Shown: positions 12,801-26,237 of the stretch, piece by piece
Layout: each line of letters starts with the position of its first letter
Position numbering within the stretch: position 1 is the stretch's first letter
Assembly: GCF_000143415.4 (NCBI RefSeq)
Contig: NW_003314262.1
Coordinates: forward strand, 4,497,718 to 4,561,717
Direction of reading: 5' to 3'
DNA length: 64,000 bases
Source of the DNA: Selaginella moellendorffii
Lineage: Eukaryota; Plantae; Lycopodiophyta
Translations under genes and position numbers: made by a program
Notes under the pieces: generated by a model
The model's input: only the letters and a program-made list of their open reading frames with translations
The model's database searches: none
What the model was told of the DNA's origin: nothing

Positions 12801-14972
12801 ATGAGACGGCATGACCAATCGTGTAAATGTCAAAGCCTCAATCTTCAGATTAGAGTTGGAGGATTTATCCTGCGGGACCAAAAAATTAGATTCAAATCCA
12901 AAAGGCCAATTAACTGTACTGACATTTAAAGCTTTCTCCACTCCAGGCAGCAACGAGGCCATGTGGTCCGATAAGCAATTGGGAAGAACGACCACAAGTT
13001 CTTTTAGCACAGAAAATGCCCCCACCTTCGTAAAGCTAATTTAGAACCACGAATCGATCTAGTAATCATCCATACCCTTGTTTTCACCGATTTTTCACGA
13101 AGTTGACGATTTAAAGTTCTGACAACCTTTGGAACTTCTTGTTGAAGCATATATAAAGGACTGCATACTGAAGTTATTTAAACAACTCAAAATCATATTG
13201 AACAAACCTTGATGGATTAATCTCAGACGACGCTTTTGTCACGTTGCCAGTTTGACGCAAGAGATCAATGAATGCATTGAACACGTCAATCTGTTATTCA
13301 GAGTGAGATCTTCAACAAGAACAAATGTGACGTTGCTACCTTCACATTTTCTTCTCTTTCGCGAAATCTATCAATAAGCCTTGGGCATGCCTGAAAAAAA
13401 TCGATGAGTATGAAACATTTGAGAGCAGACTTACGGACCTTGCTGTAAAGTGTCGAAAGCATCTCCGGTCTCGATGAGATAACTGCAGAAAGGCATTTTG
13501 CTGCAGCTCTCCGCACCTTCCAGCTTACATCTTCATCGTCACTGTACTCGTCAGCGCTCTCCCTGAGACATAGCTCTTAATACTTTAGCAGGATGGGGAA
13601 ACGTAATAAAAACCTACTCATCGTCCTCTTCTTCGCCATCCATGTCTTCATCCTGATCTTCCTCCATATCATCGGTGAAATTGGGATCATAACTCAGGTA
13701 CTCCAGAGCGAGATCAAGAATGGTGCCACAATGTTCTGCCACATCTCGTGGACAGCGCAACACGAAACTTTCCAGCGCCTGTGCAAACAGATAATCCTTG
13801 CAAGACTAATTTAAAAACTTCACAAACCTGCAGACTGTTTTCTCGAAGCTCATCGTCATTTTCTGAGGCGTTCTGACAGTAACTTATTAGAAGTGGAACT
13901 ACTTCATTTAAATGTGGCCCAAAACGATAACCCACGGCACGGCTACAAACAAAAGTACAGTAAAGGAAAATAAAGTATACTTGAAACATTTTCTCAGTCA
14001 TACCAGAAGGCGCAGATCATTTGGATGTTCGTCCTAGTCATGTCGGGCTTCACATCCTTATTCTTCAACAAGTCAACCACGCTGACGGTTGCCCTTCCCA
14101 ACAGATCATCGGACATACAAGCAGCCAAAGTCGCTACGCGAGGAAAGATAAGTTGCTGTACAATTGTGGAAAAACAGCTTCGTACCTAAACACTGAATTG
14201 CACGTTTTCTCAGACCAGCTCGTTGCAAATTAAGTTGCACAAGTAAGGCGTTGAGTAACTTTTCGTGTTCTGGGACTAGAAGTGCCCCAAACCGGTGAAG
14301 AACATCACAAAGAATGTCCAAGCATTCACTCTTCACCTCTGTACTCGTGTCCTGAAAAAATAAAAAATTAGAAATAAAAAACTCAGGCGAACCATCTTCT
14401 GATCTACATTGCGTAAGCTCACCGTTGCAGTGATGCCTTTGATCAGCTTCGGTGTCAACGCAGCCACGACACACTGCGCAACAGTTCCACTGGCGATCTC
14501 AGACACCACAGTCTTGAGAGCAATGCTGGCAATGTCGCGCTGATGGTCTTTTCCTGTGAGTAGCCTCGTGCAAAGCGACTCTACAATCTCCACAATTTTG
14601 TTCTCATTCACCTTCTTCACTAGAGGACCCAAGCTGAAGAAAAAAGAAGAAGAAGAAAAAAAAAACCATCAAACTAAAACTTAGAAACGAAACGAAGCGC
14701 AAGAAATATACGCACCACTTCACAGCGATTCCAGAAATGTCCCCGGAGGCATCATCCAGCTGCTGGAGGACAATCTGCGACACCTTCCTCTCGGTCTCGG
14801 AGTCGGCCTTAAAAGACTCCTTCTGGAGCTCATTGAGAAGATCGGAGGTGGCCATATACCGATAATCCTTGTCCTTGGACGCAATCTACACGAGAAATTC
14901 GTGAGAAATCCAGCCCCGACAAACCACACAGCTCACCTTCTCAAGAATCAAGCCGACGGTGAGATTCGCCAT
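9888..14972 (-). CDS. CAND1: Cullin-associated NEDD8-dissociated protein 1, multi-exon
   Basis: [12 protein letters not shown]|[23 protein letters not shown]; [12 protein letters not shown]; REREENVK; [23 protein letters not shown]; ends VMDMS*. Confidence 0.95.
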
Positions 14973-15160
14973 GGCTGCGTCAAGAACCCTAGACTACTCT
15001 GGCGCTGTAGAATAGGCCCTACGCGAGCATCACGGCTACCTTGATCATTGGAGACGCTGCCACAAAGATCGCAAAAACCCTAGCCTCAACAAAATAAAAC
15101 AAAGCGTAACTCTAAAATCTTTGTGATGCCTGCCCCAGGATTCGAACGCCCGACCTCCTG

Positions 15161-17189
15161 TCAGAGTAGCATGTGGAGGATCCTTGCATCGTCTCGCCTT
15201 GGCAGACCGGCACGAGCTCCAACAGCCTGGCAATTCGCAGCGGCCTAAAATGAATCACACGAAATCCAAACTTTAGCTCGAGAATTTGAGAAGATAACAG
15301 TCTGTGCGAACTTGAAAAGACATGAACTTTACGGAAGAACATAAGAACGAAGAACAAGAGCTTTAGAAATGCAAGATCACTGAGAGAAAAGAGGCTTCAT
15401 GACGAATTTATATGCAAGAAGAAGATCGAAGTATAACATATAATTCACGACCAAGAGCTTGAGAGCAATTACCACTGTCGCTGCAAAAGGAAGCATCCGT
15501 TCCGCAGTGAATCCCGCGCATAGAGCTGCAAGCAAGCCTTGCCGCGTCTTATAATGACACAAAACAAGGAGAGCAAAACGTACTTACAGTACATGACAGC
15601 TCCAACAAATGCATCGCCAGCTCCAGTTGTGTCCGCCAGTTGAGCCGCGGGTACCTCCTGAGCTGTTCCAACAATCAGTCTTCCAAAAATCGCAATTCTT
15701 GAGCCAGTTGAAGGTACAAGCCGTCCCATCTGTATAAATCAAGTATACACGAACTATTAGATATAGTAAAACCACACGAAGTTCTTCCAGACCTTGGACG
15801 ATACGACGCGAGGTTGAGGACTCTTGACTGCGGATACTTGTTGCCGTAAGGAGTCGAGAGTCTGATTGACATCCATGGTCTCTCCATGGTCAGCTGAAAA
15901 TAAAGAACGAAACGGTAACTATGGAAAACAGTAGCCAGAACTTACTAGTTGTACTTCTTTCAAGCATAACGCAACCCTCTGCCCCGAGTGTGACAATTAT
16001 AAACTTCAACTTTGGCAGTTTTGAGGCTACACAAAGTAGTGCTTCAGCAAGGTTTTTCGAGTTCGTCCATGCCTGACCAACGACGTGAGTGCACCAGTTT
16101 AGAGGATAGCGAGAATTCAAGACGAACCTCCGGAAACCGTGATGAAGCAACCATGTAGTCGCAGTAGACAAGTAGCTCATCCAAAAATTCTCTCTTCTTT
16201 TCAGCGTCCACGAGAATGGGAAGTTTTAGCTCCGCAGCCTGCAAAAGGGGTCCCATTAGCTTGACGCATGACATCTTCTTTTCAAAGCGCGTACCATCTT
16301 CGCAATTTTAACGGCTGTGTCGGTGAGTCGACAGTCAAAAAACACAAGATCTGTTCCCTGCAAGACGCTGGAAAGTGTGGCCGTGTCTATCTCTGTCGGC
16401 AACATAGGAGGATGTCCAGGAGTATGGATGCACGTCCTTGTTAACCTGCCATGTATCTTTAAAGTCAATCAAACTGAAACAAAAGGTGCTGAAAGTGTTA
16501 CCTCTCTTTGTCGATGATGATGTAAGTGAATGGTGAGACACCCCCCTTAGCCACCTGCACTGACCGAAAATTGAACATAGTGTATGCAACGCAGCATACA
16601 GACCACAACATGAGAAGTATCAACTCCGTCTTTCTTCAGCTCTTCTAAAATTCTGAGGCCCAATGCATCATCTGCAACCTGGCAAAACCACCGCTTCACT
16701 TAAGAAAATAGGATTGTAAAAGGACAGTGAGAGTACTTTAGAGATGAGCACTGGTTTCAATCCTAGCCTTGCGGCACCAGTCAAGGAGTTCCCTACGTTT
16801 CCACCGCCTTGAAACTGCAAATGGAAAGCTTAGAAGATGAAAAAAAAGAACTAAAATGCAGCACCTGGAAATCGATAGATCGTATCTTGTCATCGGGTTG
16901 AGGGAAAGCGGACACGCTAGCTAGATAGTCGATCACCACCGTTCCACATCCCAGCTAGAAAAGCAAAAATTCATCCAATTGGATAAAACCCACGAGGAAG
17001 GAGCTTACCACAACTTTCTTGGATGGAATTTGTAGAGGTGCCGATTTCATGGAAGTCGCCATAATTCTATCACAGAAGAGTCCACAATCAAAACGAGAGA
17101 AAAGATGCTCTTCCTCACCTGAAGACCGGCTGTTCTCGAACAAAGAAAGAGCTGCCTCCAAATGCGATGCCAAGCCCAGCTCCAGCCAT
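15161..17189 (-). CDS. pfkB/ribokinase-family carbohydrate kinase, multi-exon
   Basis: LGCGTVVIDYLASV..FPQPDDKIRS; GGGNVGNSLTGAARLG; TRTCIHTPG; VTLGAEGC; DTTGAGDAFVG signature; last exon AAANCQAVGARAGLPRRDDARILHMLL*. Confidence 0.9.
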
Positions 17190-17463
17190 ACCTAGTCACA
17201 GTTCGAAGCTGCAATGACGTGGCGAAGATGCTCGACACATAAGCTCCACGTCATGTAAATTCGGCTGAAACTTCAGTTGGTTTGAATCAGTCCTGGACCA
17301 ACTCCAGCGAGAGTTCTAAAAGTCGACGACGGGAGATTTGGTTCTCATTCGCTAGTCGAACTTGGTAAAATTGAAATGCTGAAAAGGCAAAGAATAGAAA
17401 AAGTAAGAAAAATAAAACGGTTGTACAGAACGAACCTGAAGAACTTGTCCGTGTTGTGGAAAA

Positions 17464-19243
17464 CTAGTAGTATTGGCCCTTGAGAATAGCCTCGACAGGA
17501 TTTCCAGGTTCCCTGGAAGCAGCAGCCTTTATGAAAAATTCCCTGCAAAAACACAAGAGCGAATTTACAAAGTGTTAACTTCTAAAAACTCGATGGAGAA
17601 TGATCTTACCTCCTCGCCTCGTCCGTGACACCGATCAACCCGTGTTGTTCTAGTATCGGGCCCTCCCCTTGCCACCGTCCTTTGTACACCATATCCATAA
17701 AAATCCTCTCAAACTTGTCCGTTTTCCCGCAGTGAATCATTCCCATGGTCATGACTTTGAAAGTCATCCGGTTCGGGCTGCATTTCACTTTGAACATCTC
17801 CTGGAAAATCTGGTAAGCCTCGTCGAATCGACCAGTCTTGCAAAGGCCTCGCAGCACGATGTTGTACGTGATCACGTTTGGCCACACCCTCCTGTCCTTC
17901 ATGTTTTGAAAGAGAAGCAAAGCCTCGTCAACCCTCGGCTTTCGAGCTCGGCAGTAGCCGCTGATGAGCGTCGTGTACATGTAGACGTCCGGACCAACAT
18001 GGTTTCTCGCGGCGTCCTGTAAGATCGACTTTGCCTCGTCGAGCTTGCGTACCTTGACAAACGCGTAGATAAGTGAGTGATAGGCGTAGCCGTCGGGACT
18101 CAAGCCAGCCTTGCTCATACCTTTGAAAAGCTCCAAGCAGCGCTGGACCTCGTAAATCTTGCTGAGCCCGAGAATCATAGTGCCGTAAGTGACCGCATTC
18201 GGAGGACAATCACTTCCAACCATCTGCTGAAACAGTCGATAAGCTTCCTCGATCCTGTTCTTGTACTGGCACACACCATTGATGATGCAGTTGTATGTCA
18301 CCACGCTCGGCTTGCAGCCTCTCTGGATCATCGTCTTCAAAACCTCTAAAGCTTCGTCCACCCTCCTTTCCTTGCAAAACCCATCGGCCATGGCGTTGTA
18401 AGCACCAGCATCGCCATCGTAGTTGGCTTCCAGCATCATGTCGTAAACTTTGATCGCGGCCTCCAGTCTCTCGGCCTGGCATAGCCCGTGTACCAAAGTG
18501 CTGTAAGTGAAGCCATCCGGATCGACCAAGTCGTGAGGAAGCCTGGTGAAGAGATGCCTGTATTTCATGATCGTCTTGTCACCTTCGTAGGAGTAACTCA
18601 ATCCTTCCACTCCGGTCATCCTCTCGAACAAGAACACGGCCCAGTCGATCTTCCCAAACTTGCAAAGGCCATTGATCACGGTGTTGTAAGTCGCGACGTT
18701 GGGCTTGCAGGTCTTGCCCATCTTTCCAAACTTGATCAGCGCTCTCCCGACTCTACCGAGATCACAGTAGCCTTTGAGAACAACGTTGTAAGCAGTGACA
18801 TCCGGTGGAATTCCCAGCGATCTCATGTAGCCGAGGTATCTCCAAGCTCTCCCCGGATTCCTGACGTTGCAAAAGCACTGGATGATGATCGTGAAGCTGT
18901 AGAGGCTTGGGCGGCAGTGAGCACACAGCTCGCGCTTGAAGAATCTCACCGCTTCTCTCGTCCGGCGAGCTCGAACGAGGTGATGGAGCAGTCTCGTGTA
19001 GCAGTAGACGTCGTGCCTGTATCCCTCTTGCTTGCTAGACCAATCGAAGAACTTCCTCGCTAGTGCTAAGCTGGGGACTCGCCGGATCACACTACCTACA
19101 AGGCGCGGCTCCAAGAATGCGGCGTTAAAGCTCGCCATTGCCTCGTCGATCGATGCTCCTCGCTTGGTGCCCTCATCCAGCGCCGCCATCACGGCCTGGA
19201 GATCCAGGCGTTTCTTGCTCCAGCGCACCGCGCCCGTTAGCAT
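17464..19243 (-). CDS. P-class PPR protein (tandem 35-aa repeats); probable short terminal exon 17464-17542
   Basis: 545-aa ORF with repeats such as PNVATYNTVINGLCK and PSVVTYNCIINGVC. The TAA at 17606 lies inside an AG|GTAAG donor; a 67-nt intron (17543-17609) would extend the frame to TAG at 17464. Confidence 0.88.
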
Positions 19244-19326
19244 TTCGCCTATTTCCTAGAACCCTAAACCCCCCACGAAGAACCCTAATTTAAAGTAGCT
19301 AGGGCATTTTGATTTTCCTCGCGACG
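19244..19326. promoter_or_regulatory. Minimal bidirectional promoter with telo-box-like motifs
   Basis: 83 bp between divergent ATGs, with AACCCTAA twice (~19260 and 19281). Confidence 0.6.
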
Positions 19327-21294
19327 ATGATGCACGCTGTCCCTGGCGCTGCCGCCTCGAGTGGCGATCTCGTCCTGCGATCGAACTGTGAGAGATGTGG
19401 AGCTCCCGGCGCTTCCAATGAGCTCTTCGCGGCGTCGTGCCGGCATATGACCCTATGTATGGCTTGCGGGAAATCCATGGCCGAGGCGAAAGCGTCGTGC
19501 GGCCTGTGCGGTGCTACCGTCATTACACTGATCAAGGTAGCCATTGCCTCTAGATTTCTAGAATAGCAATCGATCGGGGTCTGTAGGAGTACAAGGTGAA
19601 GCGAGCGCCCAACCCAAAGCAGTGCTTTCTAGGGCGATTTTCCCAGGGCTTGCCACTCTTCTCGACGAAGAATAACCTCCACTGGACCATGAGGAAGGAT
19701 ATTCCCAGGCCGACTGACCCAGCCAGAGTATGTGAAATCCTCCACTTTCATACGTATAGCTTCTTAGCTTCATCTTTCCAGGAGAAGTTTAAGATCACTG
19801 CTGAGAAGCTCAAGTCCAAGCCATGGATTTTGGAGGACGACACTGGTGCGTACCAATTCCAGGGCCAGCTTGAAGGCGGCCAACAAGCGACCTACTACAT
19901 TCTCATGAAGAGTGGGAGGGACTTTCATGCGTTCCCAGCGGGTTCATGGTAAGCTCTGAGAGATTTAGTTCCTTTGCTCACAGGCTCGGCCAGGTTTAAT
20001 TTTCACAAACTCGTCCAGTACAAACAACTTACGCTCGAGGAAGCCGAGGAGCAGATGAAGAACCGTCGCAAGACCGCGGACGGATATCAGAGGTGGATCA
20101 TGAAGGCGGCAAATGGCGCGGCGGCGTTTGGCGAAGTTGAAAAGACTGGAAGGCAGCGGAAGGAAGATGATGACGATAAGAAGAAAGGAGCTAAAGTTGC
20201 CGAGGACGATGATCTCGCCAAGCCCGAAGATTTTGATCCGGAAGACGAAGTTGACAGAGGTATGGCATTTGAGTTTTCCAGGCTCTCGGTTTTTATAGAA
20301 GTATCTCAGGTGACGACTGGGAGCACGAAGAAACTTTCACGGATGATGACGAAGCCGTTGGTAATGACCCCGAGGAGAGAGATGAGCAACCAGATGTTCC
20401 TGCTCCACCGGAAATCAAACAGGCAAGAACGGTCTCCTGCTTTCTTGTGGTGGTTTGATATCTGTCTCGATTTTACCAGGAAGAGGATGAGATAGAAGCT
20501 GAGGAAGGAGGACAGCCTCAACAGGGTGAAAACGCCCTGAGTCAGTCTGGACGTGACATGAAGAAGCTGCTTGGGAAGTCGGGGGGCCTTGAAGAATCGG
20601 AGGACGACGACGATGAGGAGGACGAGGATGTAAGCTCTCGCGAACGTTTTCAGCGCTTCTTTGACAGTTCTTTCTTTGCAGATGGATCTGGACAACGAGA
20701 ACATCAGCTCTCCAGTCCTGGCTCCGAAGCACAAGGACGAAGCGGGCGACGCTACTCCAACGAAGTCTGCTAACGCGCGTCCTCCTGGAGGCCCTTCTGC
20801 TGCTTCAAAGAACAAGCGAAAGGTGGATGAAGGAAAGACTGCCGCAGCATCCAAAAAGTCCAAGACAGAGGTACCGGATCTCATCGCCAGACTCATGAGC
20901 TCGTTACCTCGTTTTCTCTTTTGTAGCCGAAGAAGGAGGTGCCAGCAGTAAAGAAGGAAAGCCCCTCTACAGTAAAGAAAGACGCTCCCAAGAAGGAAGC
21001 AGCAAAACCAGCCGCGGGAGCTTCTACTTCGTCCGCTAGCTCAGCTCTCGAGGAAGAAGTGAAAGCAGTGCTCAAGGACTCGGGTCCGATGAAGAGCCAG
21101 GATCTCGTGGCCAGGTTCCGGAGTAGGCTAAAGAACAAAGAGGTAACATCCTGTTCTTCATCTTTGCTCCCGGGAGTTCGATGATTTTGCCTGTTTTTCT
21201 TGTTCTCCAGGAGAAGAACGCCTTCGCCATGGTGCTCAAAAAGATATCTCGCATCCAGAAAAGAGATGGAGCAAGCTATATCGTGCTCAAGTGA
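19327..21294 (+). CDS. Transcription initiation factor IIF alpha subunit (RAP74), multi-exon
   Basis: N-terminal Cys-rich CRHMTLCMACGKSMA; KPWILEDDTGAYQFQGQLEG; YKQLTLEEAEE; GDDWEHEETFTDDDE; C-terminal winged helix (QDLVARFRSRLK). Confidence 0.92.
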
Positions 21295-21535
21295 TGCTCT
21301 TTCTCAGTTTTTGATTTTAACGCCTTCTCTGGCCGGTTTGTTTGTGTGTTTGCATTTTTTACAGCAAGGAGGAGCGCTAAAAGTTTTGGCTTGCTCGCTC
21401 GCTCACTCACTCGCGGAGTAAAACTCTGTCCGTAACCGCCATTGACAATGTACGGCAGAGCTATTGTAAAGTTCCGTTTGTAACTATTTTAACAAGATAA
21501 AAGATAATTTACCTTGCCGGGAGAGAGGGAAGGGC

Positions 21536-22504
21536 ATGGCATTGGGACGATCGATCGAGCTTTCGCTCCAGAGATTTCACCATCGACCGCATTCTTGCTC
21601 CTCCATGGCGCCCAGCACTGCTGCATTGTCCCATGGTCTGGTGGCATTCAGGAGGCCTCGGCTAAGTTCCAGCAGCACTAGTTCGTCCAGGAGCACGAAT
21701 TTGAGGAGCAGTGGCTTCCAATGTCAAGAAATCTTGCAAAGTACCCGGCGTGTCGGAGCGATTGCCGACGGGGGTGTCGCGATAGGGGCGGAGGAGGCGA
21801 ATGGATTGGTAGAGCAGCTCCTCTCCATGGTCTGTGAGTTTTTCTTTCTTATAATCTCTTCTCTTCTCTTGCTTAGAGTTTTCTTAGGTGCAAAGCTCGG
21901 ATCGAGGAGCAGCATTGCGTAGTGAGCATCACCAGAGCGTTGCGGAGATTGTCCGCAAGCTCGAAGGATTAAACATTCCTCCAGAGCCTTTACAAAGTCC
22001 CTTGATCTTGGGAGGTACCAATTCATATCTCTTGAAAGAACCAAGAACAAATGCTCTATGTTCTTCGATTTTGCAGACTGGGATGTGGAGTACTGCTCCA
22101 ATCCAACAGCCCCTGGAGGCTACTACCGCAGCGCGCTGGGAAGATTTTTCCTCGCAACCGAAGCAATGATCCAGACTGTGAAAGCTCCCGACTTTGTGGG
22201 CAATTCAGTCTCGTTCTCTCTGCTTGGAATCCTCAAAGGCCAAGTCTCTCTCAAAGGTACTGCTTCCTATTGCATGCCATAGAACAAAGCTAGATCTTTC
22301 CACTCGTTCTTTTCAGGCAAGCTGCTAGCTCTGGACGAGAAATGGATCGAGATAACGTTTGATCCTCCATTTCTAAAGCTTGGTCCGATCGAAGCGCAGT
22401 ATGGCAAGAGCAGCAAAGTTAAGATCGCTGTTCTTTACGTGGACGAGAAAATCAGGCTGGGAAGAGGCTCCAGAGGGGCAGTCTTCGTGTTTAAACGAAG
22501 ATAG
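21536..22504 (+). CDS. Plastid lipid-associated protein / fibrillin (FBN9/PAP11-like)
   Basis: Ser-rich transit peptide; SDRGAAL; DWDVEYCSNPTAPGGYYRSALGRFF; C-terminal YVDEKIRLGRGSRGAVFVFKRR*. Confidence 0.88.
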
Positions 22505-22636
22505 TAAAATCAAATCTCCACCGCACGATCTTGCGAAGCGAATGGACGGCGGAGGAATCGCCTAGCTTGCTAAAACCCTAGCCCAGAAGGTTCTAGATAG
22601 GCATTCTTCTTTCGTTCGTCCGCGAGAGAGCGAGCA

Positions 22637-25189
22637 ATGGCGGCATCTCATGCGGCTGCTGCTTCGCTGAATTCGCCGTCGACGGCGCTCTTCTCGTCCT
22701 CGTTTGCGCAATCCACAGCTTTTGGACGGGTTTCGTTCCAGGATTTTCGGCAGCGCAGCAAGAGCGGCGGACTTCGCTGCCGGGCGCCGGTCGTGAGGAC
22801 GCGAGCGGCGAAGCAGCTGTTCTTCAACAAGGATGGATCGGCCATGAAGAAGCTCCAGGTGAGATTATGGATTGCTGGATGGATTTAAGTCTCCTTATAA
22901 TAGGCTGGTGCGAACAAAGTGGCCGATTTAGTGGGAGTTACTTTGGGTCCCAAGGGAAGAAACGTGGTGCTCGAGAGCAAGTATGGATCTCCAAAGATTG
23001 TCAACGATGGAGTCACTGTTGCCAAAGAGGTAGGAAGGAAAAGATAAAATGCGGCTACAAAGTCTTTTGTGTTTTTGCTCTTTGTTTGCAGGTGGAGCTG
23101 GAAGATGCAGTCGAGAACATTGGTGCGCGGCTTGTAAGACAAGCTGCGTCAAAAACAAATGACTTGGCTGGTGATGGAACCACCACGTCCGTGGTTTTGG
23201 CACAAGGACTTATAAACGAGGGTGTCAAGGTTTGTTTTTTCTCAAGTTCATGGAAGTTTCATGAGGCAATCTGGAGGGTAATTTGCAGCTAGTCGCAGCG
23301 GGAGCTAATCCTATACAAATTGCTCGAGGTATTGACAAGGTCATCGCAGGCCTTGTCAAGGAACTCAAGACTTTGTCGAAAGAGGTGGGTTTGTTCTCGT
23401 GGCTTCGGTTGTATATTTTTCTTAAGCGTTTTGCGTGTAGGTCGAGGACAGCGAACTTGCAGATGTAGCAGCTGTGAGCGCGGGAAACAACTACGAGATC
23501 GGGGACATGATTGCTGAAGCTATGAAAAGAGTTGGGAGGAAAGGCGTGGTCACACTTGAGGAGGGAAGAAGTGCTGAGAGTACACTACAATTCGTTGAAG
23601 GAATGCAGTTCGATCGGGGATACATATCACCTTACTTTGTGACAGACACGGAGAAAATGGCCGTGGAATATCAGAATTGCAAGGTAAACGGAATCTGTTC
23701 TTTTTGTTTCTTCCTTATTAATGTTCGTTACAGTTACTGCTAGTTGACAAGAAGATCACAAATGCTCGAGATATAGTATCCATCCTTGAAGACGCCATTC
23801 GTGCTGGAAGTCCTCTTCTTATTATCGCGGAGGATATTGAACAAGAGGCACTTGCTACTTTGGTTGTGAACCGAATTCGTGGAAATCTTAAAGTTGCTGC
23901 TATCAAAGCTCCAGGATTCGGCGAGAGGAAGAGCCAGTATTTGGAGGATATCGCTACTCTTACTGGAGGTAAATCGACCATTTTTATTTTTTATTTGTCG
24001 TACTTAGTTCTTTGTTCTGAGCAGGCACTGTTGTGAAGGATGAAGTTGGTCTGCAACTGGACAAAGTGGGATCCGAAGTTCTTGGTACTGCTTCAAAAGT
24101 GGTAATCACAAAGGACTACTCAACAATTGTTGGAGATGGAAGCACACAGGAAGCCGTCAGCAAGCGTGTCAACCAAATAAAAAATCAGCTCGAGGTACAT
24201 AATACGTTATGATACTTTTTTTGAAGTTTTAAGGCCTTTGCTTGTAGGCCACCGAGCAAGACTACGAAAGAGAAAAATTGAACGAAAGAATAGCTAAATT
24301 GTCTGGAGGAGTTGCTGTAATCCAGGTAAGTTTATTTTGCAGTATTTTTAGCAGCACATCGTTAACTTTTCTGTAAATTGAAGGTTGGTGCACAAACTGA
24401 GACAGAACTAAAAGAAAAGAAGTTAAGAGTGGAAGATGCTTTGAATGCAACGAAGGTAAATAGATCGGATTCTGGAATATTGTGGTGTAAGTGTTTAAAT
24501 TGCAGGCTGCTGTTGAAGAAGGCATCGTTGTCGGTGGGGGAATTGCTCTTCTAAGACTGTCTAGCAAGGTTGATGCCATCAAGGATACCCTTGAGAATGA
24601 CGAGCAAAAGGTGAGGCCACTTCAGAAAGCTTTCCCTCTGAAAGTCAATTACCTGTTTCAGATTGGAGCCGAAATTGTGAGGAAAGCCTTGAGCTATCCC
24701 GTGAAGCTCATCGCAAAAAATGCTGGTGTTAACGGCAGCGTTATCGTTGAGAAAGTAAGACTTTCTACCTGCGGCTTGGCTTGAGTTTTGACTGCCGGTG
24801 TGTGCAGGTCCTTGCCGACGATAACTTTAACCACGGTTATAATGCTGCGACTGGTGCATTTGAGAATCTCATGGCGGCAGGAATCATTGATCCAACCAAG
24901 GTATGCTTCGTTCCCAAGGAATCCCAATGCTTAAAAAGAATTATTTCACGTTGTAATCCTCGCACAAATTTGGCACATGTAGGTAGTCAGGTGCTGTTTA
25001 GAGCACGCAGGCTCCGTAGCAAGGACCTTCCTCACATCAGACGCAGTAGTCGTATCCATCCCGGAACCAGAGCCTGCTGTTCCGGCAGGGAACCCGATGG
25101 ACAACTCAGGTACGAAGAGCCTGAGCTCGACTTAGAATACCATAGTTTACGCTCACCAACACACTGGCTTTTCAGGTTACGGTTATTGA
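22637..25189 (+). CDS. CPN60B: Plastid chaperonin 60 beta subunit, multi-exon
   Basis: Transit peptide; [18 protein letters not shown]; [10 protein letters not shown]; AGDGTTTS; [14 protein letters not shown]; ends [11 protein letters not shown]. Confidence 0.95.
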
Positions 25190-25296
25190 GAGACGATCGC
25201 GCTGTAATGTCCCCCGTTAGCAAGAGGGCAGTCAGTTGCTGCGTGCCTGCGGTGCGCCAGTTTTGTATTTTATCCGCTGGAAGTATCTCACTGCTC

Positions 25297-25396
25297 NNNN
25301 NNNNNNNNNNNNNNNNNNNNNNNNNNNNNNNNNNNNNNNNNNNNNNNNNNNNNNNNNNNNNNNNNNNNNNNNNNNNNNNNNNNNNNNNNNNNNNNN
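25297..25396. other. Assembly gap (100 N)
   Basis: Run of N. Confidence 1.
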
Positions 25397-25524
25397 TTTT
25401 CTTGGAAGCTAAAACTACATTGAACGCAGGAACTTGTCAAGTCGGTTAACTGGCAACCAGGTTTTATAAACTCTTCGAAACTGAGACCGAGGCGCTACAT
25501 AGAGAAGATTCACGGCAGCGTGAT

Positions 25525-25875
25525 CTAGAAACCGGGCTGCCACCAGATCACGGCCAGGATAAAGACGACCATGAAGGCCAGGCCAACAGGAGAGCCTCCT
25601 ACTTCAGAGAAAGGCACGGTCTTGGAAGGCGGTGCCGGCTTTGAGGCCGGGAGAGACATGAGCTGAACGGCCAGGAGGAGAAAGAGGGGGACGAGCAGCA
25701 CCAGCAGGGAAATGCTCTTCAGGAGCTGAGAGGCAACGAGGAGATAGACGTCGTCCGTGTAGAGCGGTGAAGCTAGCAGAGCAAACACGATGGCGAGGAG
25801 GACGACGGGAGCCACTGGCGCCGAAGTCTTCTGCTGGGCACTGCCGCTGTTGATGGTGGTGCTGCCTGGGATCAT
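25525..25875 (-). CDS. Small three-helix plant membrane protein (At5g19875/At2g31940-like family), intact copy
   Basis: 116 aa with three hydrophobic segments, P-L-x-L-L-L-A-V-Q-L-M-S and GGSPVG...IWWQ motifs. Confidence 0.7.
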   Translation of the reverse strand: MIPGSTTINSGSAQQKTSAPVAPVVLLAIVFALLASPLYTDDVYLLVASQLLKSISLLVLLVPLFLLLAVQLMSLPASKPAPPSKTVPFSEVGGSPVGLAFMVVFILAVIWWQPGF

Positions 25876-26237
25876 CCTGTCAAGAAACGAGAAAGGCAGC
25901 GCTCAGGAGGACACGAGAACAAGGAAATACAAGAAAGAAGCCCGACGATCATCCAGGAAGAACTTCTCTTTTCGAGTGTTTGAAGAAGCAGCTTACCTTT
26001 GCGTGGCGGAGAGAGCGGACGAGCCGAGAGAGACGCACAGATTACAAGCTAGCTGGGATATTCCACCGATAGTTACTGTTAAGTCAAACGAAATGGATCC
26101 GTACGGATTCGTCAGGCAAGAGATTAAATCATTTTGTTTGCCGTACGGAGGTCTCTGGTTCGAGACCAAAGTCCGGCAAAACTACACACAGTAACTGAAA
26201 ACCGCCAAAAATTTGAACTAGGTAGGGTTTTTTCTCG

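Noticed and set aside
15125-15210. tRNA-like segment (GTTCGAATCC, possible 7-bp acceptor stem) on the minus strand
   Set aside because: Most of it is the last pfkB coding exon; the T-stem does not pair and there is no D or anticodon arm.
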